Source: Candidatus Latescibacterota bacterium | GTDB lineage: Bacteria > Latescibacterota > 4484-107 | Assembly (NCBI GenBank): GCA_043804415.1 | Contig: JAZDJA010000164.1 | Coordinates: forward strand, 1 to 62,846 | Length of the DNA stretch: 62,846 nt | Direction: 5' to 3' | Shown here: positions 28,884-37,963 of the stretch, one piece after another | Layout: each line of letters begins with the position of its first letter | Position numbering within the stretch: the first letter of the stretch is position 1 | Notes under the pieces: generated by a model | What the model was told of the DNA's origin: nothing | Seen by the model: only the letters and a program-made list of their open reading frames with translations | Database searches by the model: none | Position numbers and translations under genes: made by a program

Positions 28884-30293
28884 ATGTTCAGAGAAATGTG
28901 GGTGGTCGTTTGCTTACTCGTGGTTTCTTTCTGCGGTTTGGGATACGCCGGAGAGATCGCGGTCATCAGCACCACGGATTATTCCAGCGGCAACCTCGCG
29001 GTGTTGGCCGAGGGGGCTTCGGAAGCGCAGGTGGACGTGCTGCCTATTTGCAGCGACAATGCCCTGTTTTCCTACGCAGGCGATCTGTATGTGCTGGAGC
29101 GGTTCGGCGCGGACAACATCATCAAGGTGGATGGAAATGATCTGTCCCCGTCCGGTGTGGTGTATCAATACTCGGTGGGGAACGGAGCCAATCCTCACGG
29201 TATTGCCTTTGTGAGTGATCAGAAGGCGTACGTGACACGTTACGCCGACACAAAACTGTGGATCATCAATCCGAGCGCCGCGTCAGAGGCGGCTTTCAGG
29301 ATCGGCGAGATTGATCTATCTGAATACGCGGACGCCGATGGGTTTCCCGAGATGTCGGCGATGGTTCTGGTGGACGGCAAGCTGTACGTGGGGCTTCAGC
29401 GATTGGATCAGAACACTGTATTCTGGGATCCCCTGGATGCGAAGGTGTTGGTGATTGACACCGCGACGGATGTTGTGATCAAAGCCATCGATCTGGAAAA
29501 GGGCAATCCCCAGGCGATGGCTGCGTTCGGCGGGAAACTGTATGTAACCTGCGGGGGCAACCTGTCCGATCCCACCGATGGCAGCATCGAAGTCATTGAT
29601 ATCGAGACGAATACACACGCGGGTGTGCTGACCTTGGAAAGCGATCTGGGCGGCAACGTGGGCGCGTTGGTCCTGCGGTCCGCCAACAAAGGCTATGTGA
29701 TTGTGGGGGGGTACCTCCAAGACGCAAAGGGAAACTGGATGCCGAGCTATGTGGTGCGCCCCTTCGATCCCTCCGACGGTACGATCGAAGCGGCGCTGAT
29801 CGGATCTCAGTCTGCAACCAGCATGGAACTCGGAGGGAACGGCGTGCTTTACGTGGCGGATCGTTCCACGAACTGGCCGGGGATCTATACGTATGATGCG
29901 GATGATATCCTCGTGTCCAGTAATCCTATTGCCACGGGGCTTCCGCCCAGCTCCATCGCGTTTGTGGGTGAATCGGGTGCGGTTGCCGTGGAAGAGAGCG
30001 TGCAGCAAACTCCGTTGGCTTTTGCGTTGGGAGCCAACTACCCAAATCCCTTCAATGCCGCTACTGTGATCCCCTATACAGTGGAGCACGCGGGCGACGT
30101 TCGGTTGTCCGTGTACGACGAGTTGGGACGATATGTGGCTACGCTCGTTCAGGACGTGCAGATCGCGGGTCGCTATGTGGCTCAATGGAACGGTCGCAGC
30201 GAGGCAGGCGCGGCAGTGGCCAGCGGGTTCTATCTGGTGCGGTTGGAGACGGCCCGTCAGATCGCCACGAGCAAGGTGCTTTTCCTCAAGTAA
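28884..30293 (+). CDS. secreted beta-propeller-like protein with a T9SS (Por) type C-terminal sorting domain
   Basis: 469 aa. Signal peptide, repeated strand-rich blades. C-terminal NYPNPFNAATVIPYTV...VRLSVYDELGRYV...WNGRSEAG..ASGFYLVRLE...KVLFLK. Confidence 0.75.
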   Translation: MFREMWVVVCLLVVSFCGLGYAGEIAVISTTDYSSGNLAVLAEGASEAQVDVLPICSDNALFSYAGDLYVLERFGADNIIKVDGNDLSPSGVVYQYSVGNGANPHGIAFVSDQKAYVTRYADTKLWIINPSAASEAAFRIGEIDLSEYADADGFPEMSAMVLVDGKLYVGLQRLDQNTVFWDPLDAKVLVIDTATDVVIKAIDLEKGNPQAMAAFGGKLYVTCGGNLSDPTDGSIEVIDIETNTHAGVLTLESDLGGNVGALVLRSANKGYVIVGGYLQDAKGNWMPSYVVRPFDPSDGTIEAALIGSQSATSMELGGNGVLYVADRSTNWPGIYTYDADDILVSSNPIATGLPPSSIAFVGESGAVAVEESVQQTPLAFALGANYPNPFNAATVIPYTVEHAGDVRLSVYDELGRYVATLVQDVQIAGRYVAQWNGRSEAGAAVASGFYLVRLETARQIATSKVLFLK

Positions 30294-30308
30294 GTGTGGA
30301 GTGCCCCT

Positions 30309-30340
30309 TCCTCTCCTTGACATAGACATCAAGGAGAGGA
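30309..30340 (+). terminator. perfect 12-bp stem hairpin downstream of the propeller gene, terminator-like with no strong T run
   Basis: tcctctccttga-catagaca-tcaaggagagga. Confidence 0.4.
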
Positions 30341-30646
30341 ACTGGGCTCCAACTTTTCCCGCTGAACTGTGCGGTCTATCGCACGGCGGGAAGGGGAGCG
30401 GGCGTGTGTTTCTCATGCTCTATGGCGGGATTGTTGCGGTTCTTTTTGCGGCGTAGGTTCAGAGCCCGATTGGAGGAGCGACCGGGGATATGTTGGGAGT
30501 AGGCATAAAGGTGGGGGAAGTGATGGAGCTGTTCTTCATGCTCATTGTTGAGTGATTTTTCTGGTTTTTCGGCCTCCTTCTTCTTATATTGAAGTTCTCG
30601 TGATTCGTAAAAGGTAAAACGTGAAGCGTGAAGGGCAGACTAAGAA

Positions 30647-30699
30647 GGTTGAGGGAAGAGAGGGGTTGGGCGATCTCAGCCTCAACCTGAATCTTTTTT
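30647..30699 (+). terminator. hairpin plus T6, an orphan intrinsic-terminator-like element inside the 470-nt gap before cobO
   Basis: ggttgagg ... cctcaacc tgaatc tttttt. Confidence 0.4.
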
Positions 30700-30761
30700 G
30701 GGCCTGTCCTGCGCCATAGGCGGGGCTTGCGGTCAACAAAGGGATCCCGGAGGAAGTAGCA

Positions 30762-31295
30762 ATGGGTATGGAACTGGGTCGGGGTGTGGTTCATGTCTAT
30801 ACCGGAGACGGGAAGGGGAAGACAACAGCTGCGCTCGGGTTGACCATGCGGGCGGTGGGGCAGGGGATGAAGGTGATTATGCTCCAGTTTCTCAAGGGCA
30901 AGTGGCATCCCGGCGAATTGAAGACCGCTGAGAAGCTGGCACCTTTCTTTGAGATACGACCGCTCGGCGGAGACTTTACCTGGAAGACTCAAGATCGCGC
31001 TCAGGATATGGAGACCGTACGAGGTGCGTGGGCACAAACCAGGGAAGTCGTGCTTTCGGGCGACTATGATATGGTGATCCTCGATGAGGTCAACTACGTG
31101 GTCGGGTACGACCTGCTGCCGGTCGAGGAGGTGCTGACCCTTATTCGGGAAAGGCCGGCCGCCCTGCACCTGGTACTCACGGGGCGCCGAGCGCATCCCA
31201 AACTTATCGAAGTGGCCGATCTGGTCACCGAGATGGTGGCTGTCAAACATCCGTTTGTGGAAGGGGTGGATGCCCGGCGGGGGATCGAGTTTTAG
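30762..31295 (+). CDS. cobO: cob(I)yrinic acid a,c-diamide / cob(I)alamin adenosyltransferase (CobO/BtuR type)
   Basis: 177 aa. VHVYTGDGKGKTTAALG, ILDEVNY, and C-terminal MVAVKHPF..G..AR.GIEF typical of CobA/CobO. Confidence 0.9.
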   Translation: MGMELGRGVVHVYTGDGKGKTTAALGLTMRAVGQGMKVIMLQFLKGKWHPGELKTAEKLAPFFEIRPLGGDFTWKTQDRAQDMETVRGAWAQTREVVLSGDYDMVILDEVNYVVGYDLLPVEEVLTLIRERPAALHLVLTGRRAHPKLIEVADLVTEMVAVKHPFVEGVDARRGIEF

Positions 31296-31390
31296 CTGGT
31301 GAGTGGCGAGTGCTTGATTGGTGAGTCGCGTGCCAGTTCCCGGATCTCGCAGTTCAGGATTTCCGCTTCACGAAGAGAGGCAGGTGGGCC

Positions 31391-32272
31391 ATGAACATCC
31401 TCAGCCAATTACGATCCGGTCCGCTCGTTTGCGATTGTGCGATGGGCACGGAACTGCAAAAACTGGGCTTGGACGCGGGCGAGCAATTGGGGGAACTATG
31501 GAATCTCTCCGGGGATCGCGTCAAGGTGCAGTCCGTGCACCGGGCCAATGTGGACGCTGGCGCACAACTCATCTTGTCGAATACGTTCGGGGCCAACCCA
31601 TTCAAACTGGCGCACTATGATGCGGTGGACCGACTCGAACAGATCAATCGAGCGGGTGTCCGGATCGCCAGGGAAGTGATCGGGGCGGACGGGTTTGTGG
31701 TGGGCGATGTGGGTCCGTCGGGAGAGATTCTGGAGGAGTGGGGCGGCACGCGCACCAGAGAAGAGTTGTTTGAGGGATTTCGGCAACAAATAGGAGCCCT
31801 GGTTGAGGCCGGCGCAGACGCGATCATAGTGGAAACAATGATGGATCTGGAGGAGGCGAAGCTCGCGGTTACTGCGGCCAAGGAAGGGACATCTCTTCCC
31901 GTGATCGCCTCGATGTCCTTCTCAAGAGTACAAGAGGGATTCAGGACCCTGTGGGGGGTGTCTCCTGCGGATGCCGCAAAAGGCCTGAGTGCGGCCGGGG
32001 CGGATATCGTGGGAACCAATTGTGGGGTCACGATTGAGGATATGGTAGAGGTGATCCGTGAGATGCGGGCCGTTACGAACGAGCCTCTGATCGCCCAACC
32101 CAACGCAGGTCTTCCGCAGGTAGTGGCAGGCGAGACGTCTTACAGACAGACAATGCAGGAGATGGGTGAATACATCGAAGCGTTGAGGGAGGCGGGAGCC
32201 GATGTGATCGGGGGCTGCTGTGGGACCACGCCGGAATATATTAGGGAGGTGACTCGGAGGATCAGGAGCTGA
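31391..32272 (+). CDS. stand-alone homocysteine S-methyltransferase domain protein (MetH N-terminal module-like)
   Basis: 293 aa. DCAMGTEL, SNTFGAN, and Zn-ligand contexts GTNCG and GGCCGTTPEYI. Confidence 0.85.
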   Translation: MNILSQLRSGPLVCDCAMGTELQKLGLDAGEQLGELWNLSGDRVKVQSVHRANVDAGAQLILSNTFGANPFKLAHYDAVDRLEQINRAGVRIAREVIGADGFVVGDVGPSGEILEEWGGTRTREELFEGFRQQIGALVEAGADAIIVETMMDLEEAKLAVTAAKEGTSLPVIASMSFSRVQEGFRTLWGVSPADAAKGLSAAGADIVGTNCGVTIEDMVEVIREMRAVTNEPLIAQPNAGLPQVVAGETSYRQTMQEMGEYIEALREAGADVIGGCCGTTPEYIREVTRRIRS

Positions 32273-32499
32273 GGCTGGCGGAGCAAGTCTAAGATCCGAC
32301 GGCCCGGGCCACCCGATTTCCGTGCTGTTGTTTTGGGAAGAATGGCATGACAACAGCGTTCGGGTTTTTCTCCGATCTGTTCCTTGGTTTGGCAGGGCGC
32401 CCAGTCGTTCTGCTCTGGAGGATTCTCCGAATTTTCGTGGGATTGGCTGTGATGCACCGTGCGCGTCAAAAGAAAGAATGCGCACGGTGCTTTTTTTTG

Positions 32500-32528
32500 T
32501 TGACTTCTTGCCATTTCGGTATTATTTT
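32500..32528 (+). promoter_or_regulatory. sigma70-like promoter (TTGACT-17 nt-TATTTT) preceded by a T8 UP-like run
   Basis: ttgact tcttgccatttcggtat tatttt. Confidence 0.4.
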
Positions 32529-32625
32529 CGAGTCATCATCGGAATGATTCCAGACCGGCTGTCCGGAAAAAGGGCGCGCATGGCGTTCGGATGGGAAGGA
32601 AGCGGCATTTTGTATCCGGAATCCC

Positions 32626-32654
32626 TTGACTTCCCGTGTGTGTCTTTGTATCTT
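32626..32654 (+). promoter_or_regulatory. sigma70-like promoter (TTGACT-17 nt-TATCTT)
   Basis: ttgact tcccgtgtgtgtctttg tatctt. No CDS lies within the next ~340 nt. Confidence 0.4.
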
Positions 32655-32883
32655 TGAAGCCCTGCAGGGGTGCGATGGTCGAGGCTCTTCCATGAGAGTT
32701 TGGCGAAGAAAGGAGAACCTGTTTCCGTAAGACGTGGTTAGCATCTCCAGTGAGCAGAAGGGATTAACCCGTCAGGATTTCCTTTCTTCACAGTCGACAG
32801 GCTAATTCCTGAACCCGTGCTTCCCTTGCGATACCGTTTCCGAATGGACTCCAAATGAGGGATGCCGGGAGGGAAGAAACCGC

Positions 32884-32912
32884 TTGCCAAATGGGGCTTG
32901 TAAGGTTATATT
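32884..32912 (+). promoter_or_regulatory. sigma70-like promoter (TTGCCA-17 nt-TATATT) for the DUF4398 lipoprotein gene
   Basis: ttgcca aatggggcttgtaaggt tatatt, followed by the inverted repeat tgacgtg-N18-cacgtca. Confidence 0.5.
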
Positions 32913-32999
32913 AAGCTGACGTGTCTGTTGCCTATGTGTCCCACGTCAAGCGATGATCACTATCAACCATAGAAATCAGGGAGGGAGGTGAACAACCTA

Positions 33000-33614
33000 A
33001 TGCGAATAAAGAACATACTGATGGCCTGCTCGGTTCTATTTCTGTTGGTATCCGGGTGCGCTAAGCCTCCGACGTTGGAGATCGATGCGGCCAAGGCGGC
33101 GATTCAGGCCGCGAAGGCCGCGGGGGCCGAGTTGTATGCCGTGAGCGAACTCGGTGCGGCTACAAAGGCGCTGGCGGATGCGGAAGCCCAGGTGACGGCC
33201 AAGGAATATGAGCTGGCCAAAGCCGCTGCCATCCAGGCCAAGGAGAAGGCGGATGCGGCCAAGTTGGCTGTCGGACCCAGCAAGGCCGGAGCTATGACCA
33301 AGGCAGAAGGGGCTCTGACAGGGGCGAAGGCGGCAGTGGCGGGTGTGCGCGAACTACTCGCGAGCGCGCCCAAAAAGGCCGATCTCGGAACACTCAAATC
33401 CGATCTGGAGCAGGTGGAACAGGCGCTCTCTATGGCCAACTCTGCTTTTGACGGAGAGGATTACATGGGTGCGTCCTCCAAGGCGGAGAGTATCGGGAAA
33501 AACGCTTCTGCAATCGGTGAATCGGTGCAGATGGCACTCGATGCCTATGCGGCGGAGCTCTTGAAGCGACAGACGCAGTGGTACCAGGGCGCCAAAAAGA
33601 AGGCATGTCTCTAA
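33000..33614 (+). CDS. alanine-rich lipoprotein (DUF4398-like helical repeats)
   Basis: 204 aa from ATG 33000 (GGGAGGGAGG RBS). Lipobox LLVSGC. Repeated AAKAA/ELAKAA helices. Confidence 0.75.
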   Translation: MRIKNILMACSVLFLLVSGCAKPPTLEIDAAKAAIQAAKAAGAELYAVSELGAATKALADAEAQVTAKEYELAKAAAIQAKEKADAAKLAVGPSKAGAMTKAEGALTGAKAAVAGVRELLASAPKKADLGTLKSDLEQVEQALSMANSAFDGEDYMGASSKAESIGKNASAIGESVQMALDAYAAELLKRQTQWYQGAKKKACL

Positions 33615-33720
33615 GCCGATCAGCGGATTCAAGAACGGACGAAGCGTCCAGATGTCCACGCGCGTGGTGGCGGAGTCGATTCGTCTGATCTTCGACCGGT
33701 TTTCCGGCAGGAATCACTTG

Positions 33721-33776
33721 GGGCGAAGGGTGAGAGATAAGCGGTTTCCTCTTTCCTCCTTCGCCCTTTGACTTTT
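33721..33776 (+). terminator. 9-bp stem hairpin (gggcgaagg/ccttcgccc) followed by a T-rich tract
   Basis: Read directly. It lies ~100 nt after the lipoprotein stop. Confidence 0.35.
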
Positions 33777-33882
33777 GCATGGATTCGTGCACCATGAAAG
33801 AAGAGCCATCTCCCTATCCAGCTCCAGAAATGGGGACAGGCGGCTGAGACATTGTTTCCTATTCCTTGCGTTGAGGGCGTCC

Positions 33883-35607
33883 ATGCTCCGAGGATTGCAC
33901 ATCCAGAATTTTGCGCTGATCGAGGACATCGACGTCGAATTCGAAGACGGTTTCAATGTGATCACCGGCGAGACCGGAGCGGGAAAATCCATCCTGATCG
34001 GCGCGCTGAGCTTGATCCTCGGGGACCGGAGCCATTCGGAAGGGGTGCGCAAAGGAGCGAAAAAATCCATCGTGGAGGGATTCTTTCAGCTTGCGGGGAA
34101 CGATCGGGCCATCCGGGCCCTTTCGGATCTCGGGGTCGAGGTGGACGACGAACTGATTATCCGGCGGGAGATCGAAGCAGAGGGACGGGGACGCTGCTTT
34201 GCCAACGACCGGGCCATCACTGCGCGCACGCTAAAGACCATCGGGGATCTGCTGGTGGACTTGCATGGCCAGCACGATCATCAGGCACTTCTGCGCGTGG
34301 AGACACATCTGGAATTCCTCGATCGTTTCGGCGGTCTGGATGACCGGTTGGGAGCCCTGTGGGATTCGCACAGGCAGCTTCTCCAATTCAAAGGGAAATT
34401 GGAGGCTCTCCAAGATCACAAGGAGGCAAAGGAGGAGCGAAGAGATCTGTATGCGTTCCAGCTGGATGAGATCGCCAAAGCAGATCCCAAGCCCGATGAG
34501 ACCGAAACGCTCGAGCGCGAGCGTGTCCTGTTGGAGCACAGGGAGCAACTGATTCAGGTGACACAATCGCTCTCGCAGCTTCTCTATGATGGCGAAGATT
34601 CCGTCGCGGATCGGCTAGGGGTCGGAGAGCACATGCTGGAGGAAGCCGTTGGGGCCGACGTGCGGCTTTCAGAGCAGATCGAAGCCTATCGTGTGGTCGG
34701 GTACCAGATCGCCGATCTGGCCACCTTCTTCAGAAACTATGCGGACGGCCTGGAGCGCGATCCCTATCGACTGGAGGAAGTGCGCGAGCGATTGGCCCAG
34801 TTGAGGCGTCTCGAGAAGAAATACGGGGGCTGCTTGGCAGCAGTGATGGAGCGAAAGTCATTTGTCGAAAGAGAACTGCAAAGTGCGGAGGATCTGGGAG
34901 AGCAGATCGAAGACGCAGAAAGAGGCGTGGCCGAGGCGACGATCACGTTCTCCCAACAATGCGCCCAGTTATCCGAGAGCAGAGGACGGATTTCAGAAGA
35001 CCTGTCCCGCCAGATCGAGAGGGCGTTGGCGGAACTGGGCATGGCAGAGGCCTCGTTTGAGGTACGATTGAGTGTAGAGCGCGATCCGGAAGGACTTGCT
35101 CAGATCGATGGGGAGCGTTTCAAGGCGGGGCCGGAAGGACGGGATGCGTGCGAGTTTTTCATCTGCACGAATGTGGGGGAGGAACGGATGCCCCTGGCCC
35201 GGATCGCCTCCGGCGGCGAAATCTCCCGGATTATGCTCGCGCTCAAATCCATCTTGGCCGAAGGGGACGCCATTTCCACGTGCATCTTCGACGAGATTGA
35301 CATCGGCATCTCCGGCCGCATCGCGGAGGCCGTGGGACGCAAGCTCTGCCTGCTTTCGAAATCCCGTCAGACGATCTCCATCACGCATCTGCCTCAGATC
35401 GCCTCGCTCGCGGACGTCCACTTCATGGTGAAAAAGGAGGTGCACGGCGAGCGTACCCGTACAGAGGTAGTGCGTTTGGATGAAGAGGCGTGCGTAGAGG
35501 AGGTGGCCAGGCTGCTCGGAGGGGAAAAGATCTCCGAGCTGACCCGTCAACACGCACGGGAGATGCGGCGCGAGGCGGCCGCGCAAGGGACAGGGGCAGG
35601 GGAGTAG
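33883..35607 (+). CDS. recN: DNA repair protein RecN
   Basis: 574 aa from ATG 33883. LHIQNFALIEDIDVEF, Walker A GETGAGKS, long coiled coil, Walker B CIFDEIDIG. Confidence 0.94.
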   Translation: MLRGLHIQNFALIEDIDVEFEDGFNVITGETGAGKSILIGALSLILGDRSHSEGVRKGAKKSIVEGFFQLAGNDRAIRALSDLGVEVDDELIIRREIEAEGRGRCFANDRAITARTLKTIGDLLVDLHGQHDHQALLRVETHLEFLDRFGGLDDRLGALWDSHRQLLQFKGKLEALQDHKEAKEERRDLYAFQLDEIAKADPKPDETETLERERVLLEHREQLIQVTQSLSQLLYDGEDSVADRLGVGEHMLEEAVGADVRLSEQIEAYRVVGYQIADLATFFRNYADGLERDPYRLEEVRERLAQLRRLEKKYGGCLAAVMERKSFVERELQSAEDLGEQIEDAERGVAEATITFSQQCAQLSESRGRISEDLSRQIERALAELGMAEASFEVRLSVERDPEGLAQIDGERFKAGPEGRDACEFFICTNVGEERMPLARIASGGEISRIMLALKSILAEGDAISTCIFDEIDIGISGRIAEAVGRKLCLLSKSRQTISITHLPQIASLADVHFMVKKEVHGERTRTEVVRLDEEACVEEVARLLGGEKISELTRQHAREMRREAAAQGTGAGE

Positions 35608-35677
35608 GAATCGGGCATGGGCAGCCTGCGATGGTGGATTCCCCATCACCCGTAAAGAAACCGAAAGGAGGGCCCAC

Positions 35678-36268
35678 GTGGAATACGCAGAAAGGCCTGT
35701 CGGGTCCGATCCGTCTGCCCGCGCAAGGCGGGGACAGTGGCTCACCATGGCCAATGGGCTGAGTGTGCTTCGGGTTTGCTGTCTGCCCTTTATTCTCTAT
35801 TTTCTGGTTCATGCGGACCGATATGGCGATTGGCCGGTGCTGACTTTTATGGTTGTCGCCGTTCTAAGCGACGTGTTTGACGGGTATTTTGCCCGGGTTC
35901 GCAACAGCGATTCGGAACTGGGAGGCGTTCTCGATCCCATCGCCGATAAGATCACCATTGCTGGGATAGTGCTTTTTCTGGTGTGGTTCCGGGATTTCCC
36001 CTTCTGGGCGGCGGCCTTCATCTGGGCGCGGGACCTCGCCATCGCGTTCGGGGGACTGACGCTCTTTAGAAGTAAGCATATTGTGCTCCCGTCGAGCAAT
36101 CTCAGTCGCTACGCGGTGCTGATCATTGCCTTGGCCATCGGAGCGTTCACTTTCCAGCTGGACCGGGTCAAGTGGGTTTTGCTCTATGGGGGGATGGGGT
36201 TGCTGCTTCTTGCGGGAGCGGTGTATCTGAGCTATTTCTTCCGGCTTTTTCGGAAGGTGAAGGGGTGA
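35678..36268 (+). CDS. CDP-alcohol phosphatidyltransferase family protein
   Basis: 196 aa. GTG start with AGGAGGG RBS. Motif DGYFARVRNSDSELGGVLDPIADK. Confidence 0.85.
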   Translation: MEYAERPVGSDPSARARRGQWLTMANGLSVLRVCCLPFILYFLVHADRYGDWPVLTFMVVAVLSDVFDGYFARVRNSDSELGGVLDPIADKITIAGIVLFLVWFRDFPFWAAAFIWARDLAIAFGGLTLFRSKHIVLPSSNLSRYAVLIIALAIGAFTFQLDRVKWVLLYGGMGLLLLAGAVYLSYFFRLFRKVKG

Positions 36269-36558
36269 TCGAGCGCTGGAGGAAGGGGCACTGTCCGGGA
36301 AAACATGGCGCGTCCCTCGATGATGAGCACCGATCCCTTACGAGGGGGTTCTCAAAATCGGAAGCACTTCTGGCCACGGGATGGGCACGGAGTAACGAAG
36401 AGTGGCTGCCACACTCCCGCCTCGAAAGCGCCAAATAGCCTGCGCACGCCCTGGTCCCAGGCGCAGGAACAGCGTTTTCGGAATAATCCAGGTCAAAGGG
36501 AGACGGCCCTGGAGACTGACCGCAAAGATAGCCAACCCTTCACGGGGAGTTTAGAGCG

Positions 36559-37335
36559 ATGCATGGAAAAAGCCGGTTTGCGATCGCATGTGGGGCAATT
36601 GTGCTTTTGATGACAGCCACGGCCTGGGCGCATTTTGGGGCGATCATTCCGTCGGACGATATGGTGTCCAGGCACGATGAGCGCACTGTGCGGCTTTCTG
36701 TGAGGTTCTTTCATCCCTTCGAGGGCCCCTATATGGAGATGGCCAAACCCGCGCAGTTTGGGGTGATCATCCGGGGAGACAAGCAGGATCTGCTCTCTGC
36801 ACTGAGCCCAAGAAACGAGAATGGGGTTACCACATGGATTGTGGACTATCCGGTGAAACGGCCCGGCGACCACCTCTTCTATATGGTGCCTCAGCCCTAT
36901 TTCGAGCCGGCCGAAGAGATCTTTGTCGTTCACTACACCAAAGTGATTGTAAACGCCTATGGGCTTTCGGATGGATGGGATCAGGAGGTGGGGCTCAGGA
37001 CGGAGATCGTTCCACTGACCCGCCCCTATGGGATATGGTCCGGCAATGTGTTTCAGGGAGTGGTCCTTGTCAACGGGAAGCCCGCACCCGGCACCATCGT
37101 GGAAGTTGAGTATGACAACCACGAGGCCAAAATCCAGGCTCCGGCCGATCCGTTTGTGACCCAGGTGGTCAAGGCCGATGCAAACGGCGTTTTCACCTAT
37201 GCCATGCCCCGCGCAGGCTGGTGGGGCTTTGCCGCGCTGAGCACCGACGAAAAGAAGCGGAAGTATACCGACGGCAAAGAATATGACGTGGAGATCGGTG
37301 CGGTGCTCTGGGTGAAGACCTACGATATGAAGTAA
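36559..37335 (+). CDS. nikK: periplasmic DUF4198 (NikK/CbiK-type) component of an ECF Ni/Co uptake system
   Basis: 258 aa. Signal peptide ...TATAWA-H. First gene of a K-M-L-Q-O arrangement. Confidence 0.7.
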   Translation: MHGKSRFAIACGAIVLLMTATAWAHFGAIIPSDDMVSRHDERTVRLSVRFFHPFEGPYMEMAKPAQFGVIIRGDKQDLLSALSPRNENGVTTWIVDYPVKRPGDHLFYMVPQPYFEPAEEIFVVHYTKVIVNAYGLSDGWDQEVGLRTEIVPLTRPYGIWSGNVFQGVVLVNGKPAPGTIVEVEYDNHEAKIQAPADPFVTQVVKADANGVFTYAMPRAGWWGFAALSTDEKKRKYTDGKEYDVEIGAVLWVKTYDMK

Positions 37336-37348
37336 AGGATGCATTTCC

Positions 37349-37963
37349 ATGCACCTCTCCGAAGGAGTGCTCTCCGCTCCCGTGCTCGCTGCCGGGGCGA
37401 TCTTGACCGCTGGCGGTGTTGCCGTGGGGCTCAAGAAAATGGATCTGGACGAGGTCCCCAAGGTGGCCATGCTCTCCTCCGCTTTCTTTGTGGCATCTCT
37501 GATCCATGTCCCTGTGGGCCCCACGAGCGTGCACCTCGTACTCAACGGAGTCGTCGGATTATTGCTCGGATGGGTTGCGTTCCCCTCGATACTGGTCGGA
37601 TTGACGCTTCAGGCCGTCCTCTTTCAGTTCGGCGGGTTCACCACCTTGGGCGTCAACACGTTTAACATGGCTTTCCCTGCGCTGGTTTGTTCCCTTGCCT
37701 TTTCCCCTCTTGTGAGAGCACGAAGCAGGATGCTCGCACTGGTCGGCGGAGCCGCATGCGGTGCGCTGGGAATCTTTCTGGGGGCCATCCTGATCGGGAT
37801 CTCCTTGGTTTTTACAGGGGAGTCCTTTCTGAAGGTGGCCCAGCTCACGATCGTGGCGCATATCCCCGTCATGATCATCGAGGGGATCTTGACGGCCTTC
37901 TGTGTGGTGTTTCTCAGAAAGGTCCACCCCGAGCTTTTGGGGGTCTCCCATGAGATGCGCTAA
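37349..37963 (+). CDS. nikM: ECF transporter substrate-specific component CbiM/NikM
   Basis: 204 aa. N-terminal MHLSEGVL and a multi-TM profile typical of CbiM/NikM. Confidence 0.88.
   Translation: MHLSEGVLSAPVLAAGAILTAGGVAVGLKKMDLDEVPKVAMLSSAFFVASLIHVPVGPTSVHLVLNGVVGLLLGWVAFPSILVGLTLQAVLFQFGGFTTLGVNTFNMAFPALVCSLAFSPLVRARSRMLALVGGAACGALGIFLGAILIGISLVFTGESFLKVAQLTIVAHIPVMIIEGILTAFCVVFLRKVHPELLGVSHEMR

Noticed and set aside
36269-36558. Expected a cobalamin or NiCo riboswitch upstream of the Ni/Co ECF operon.
   Set aside because: There is no B12 box (gccactg...agtcaggagacctgcc type) or recognisable NiCo core on either strand. Only a 7-bp hairpin (cctgcgc/gcgcagg) with a weak T tract is present.
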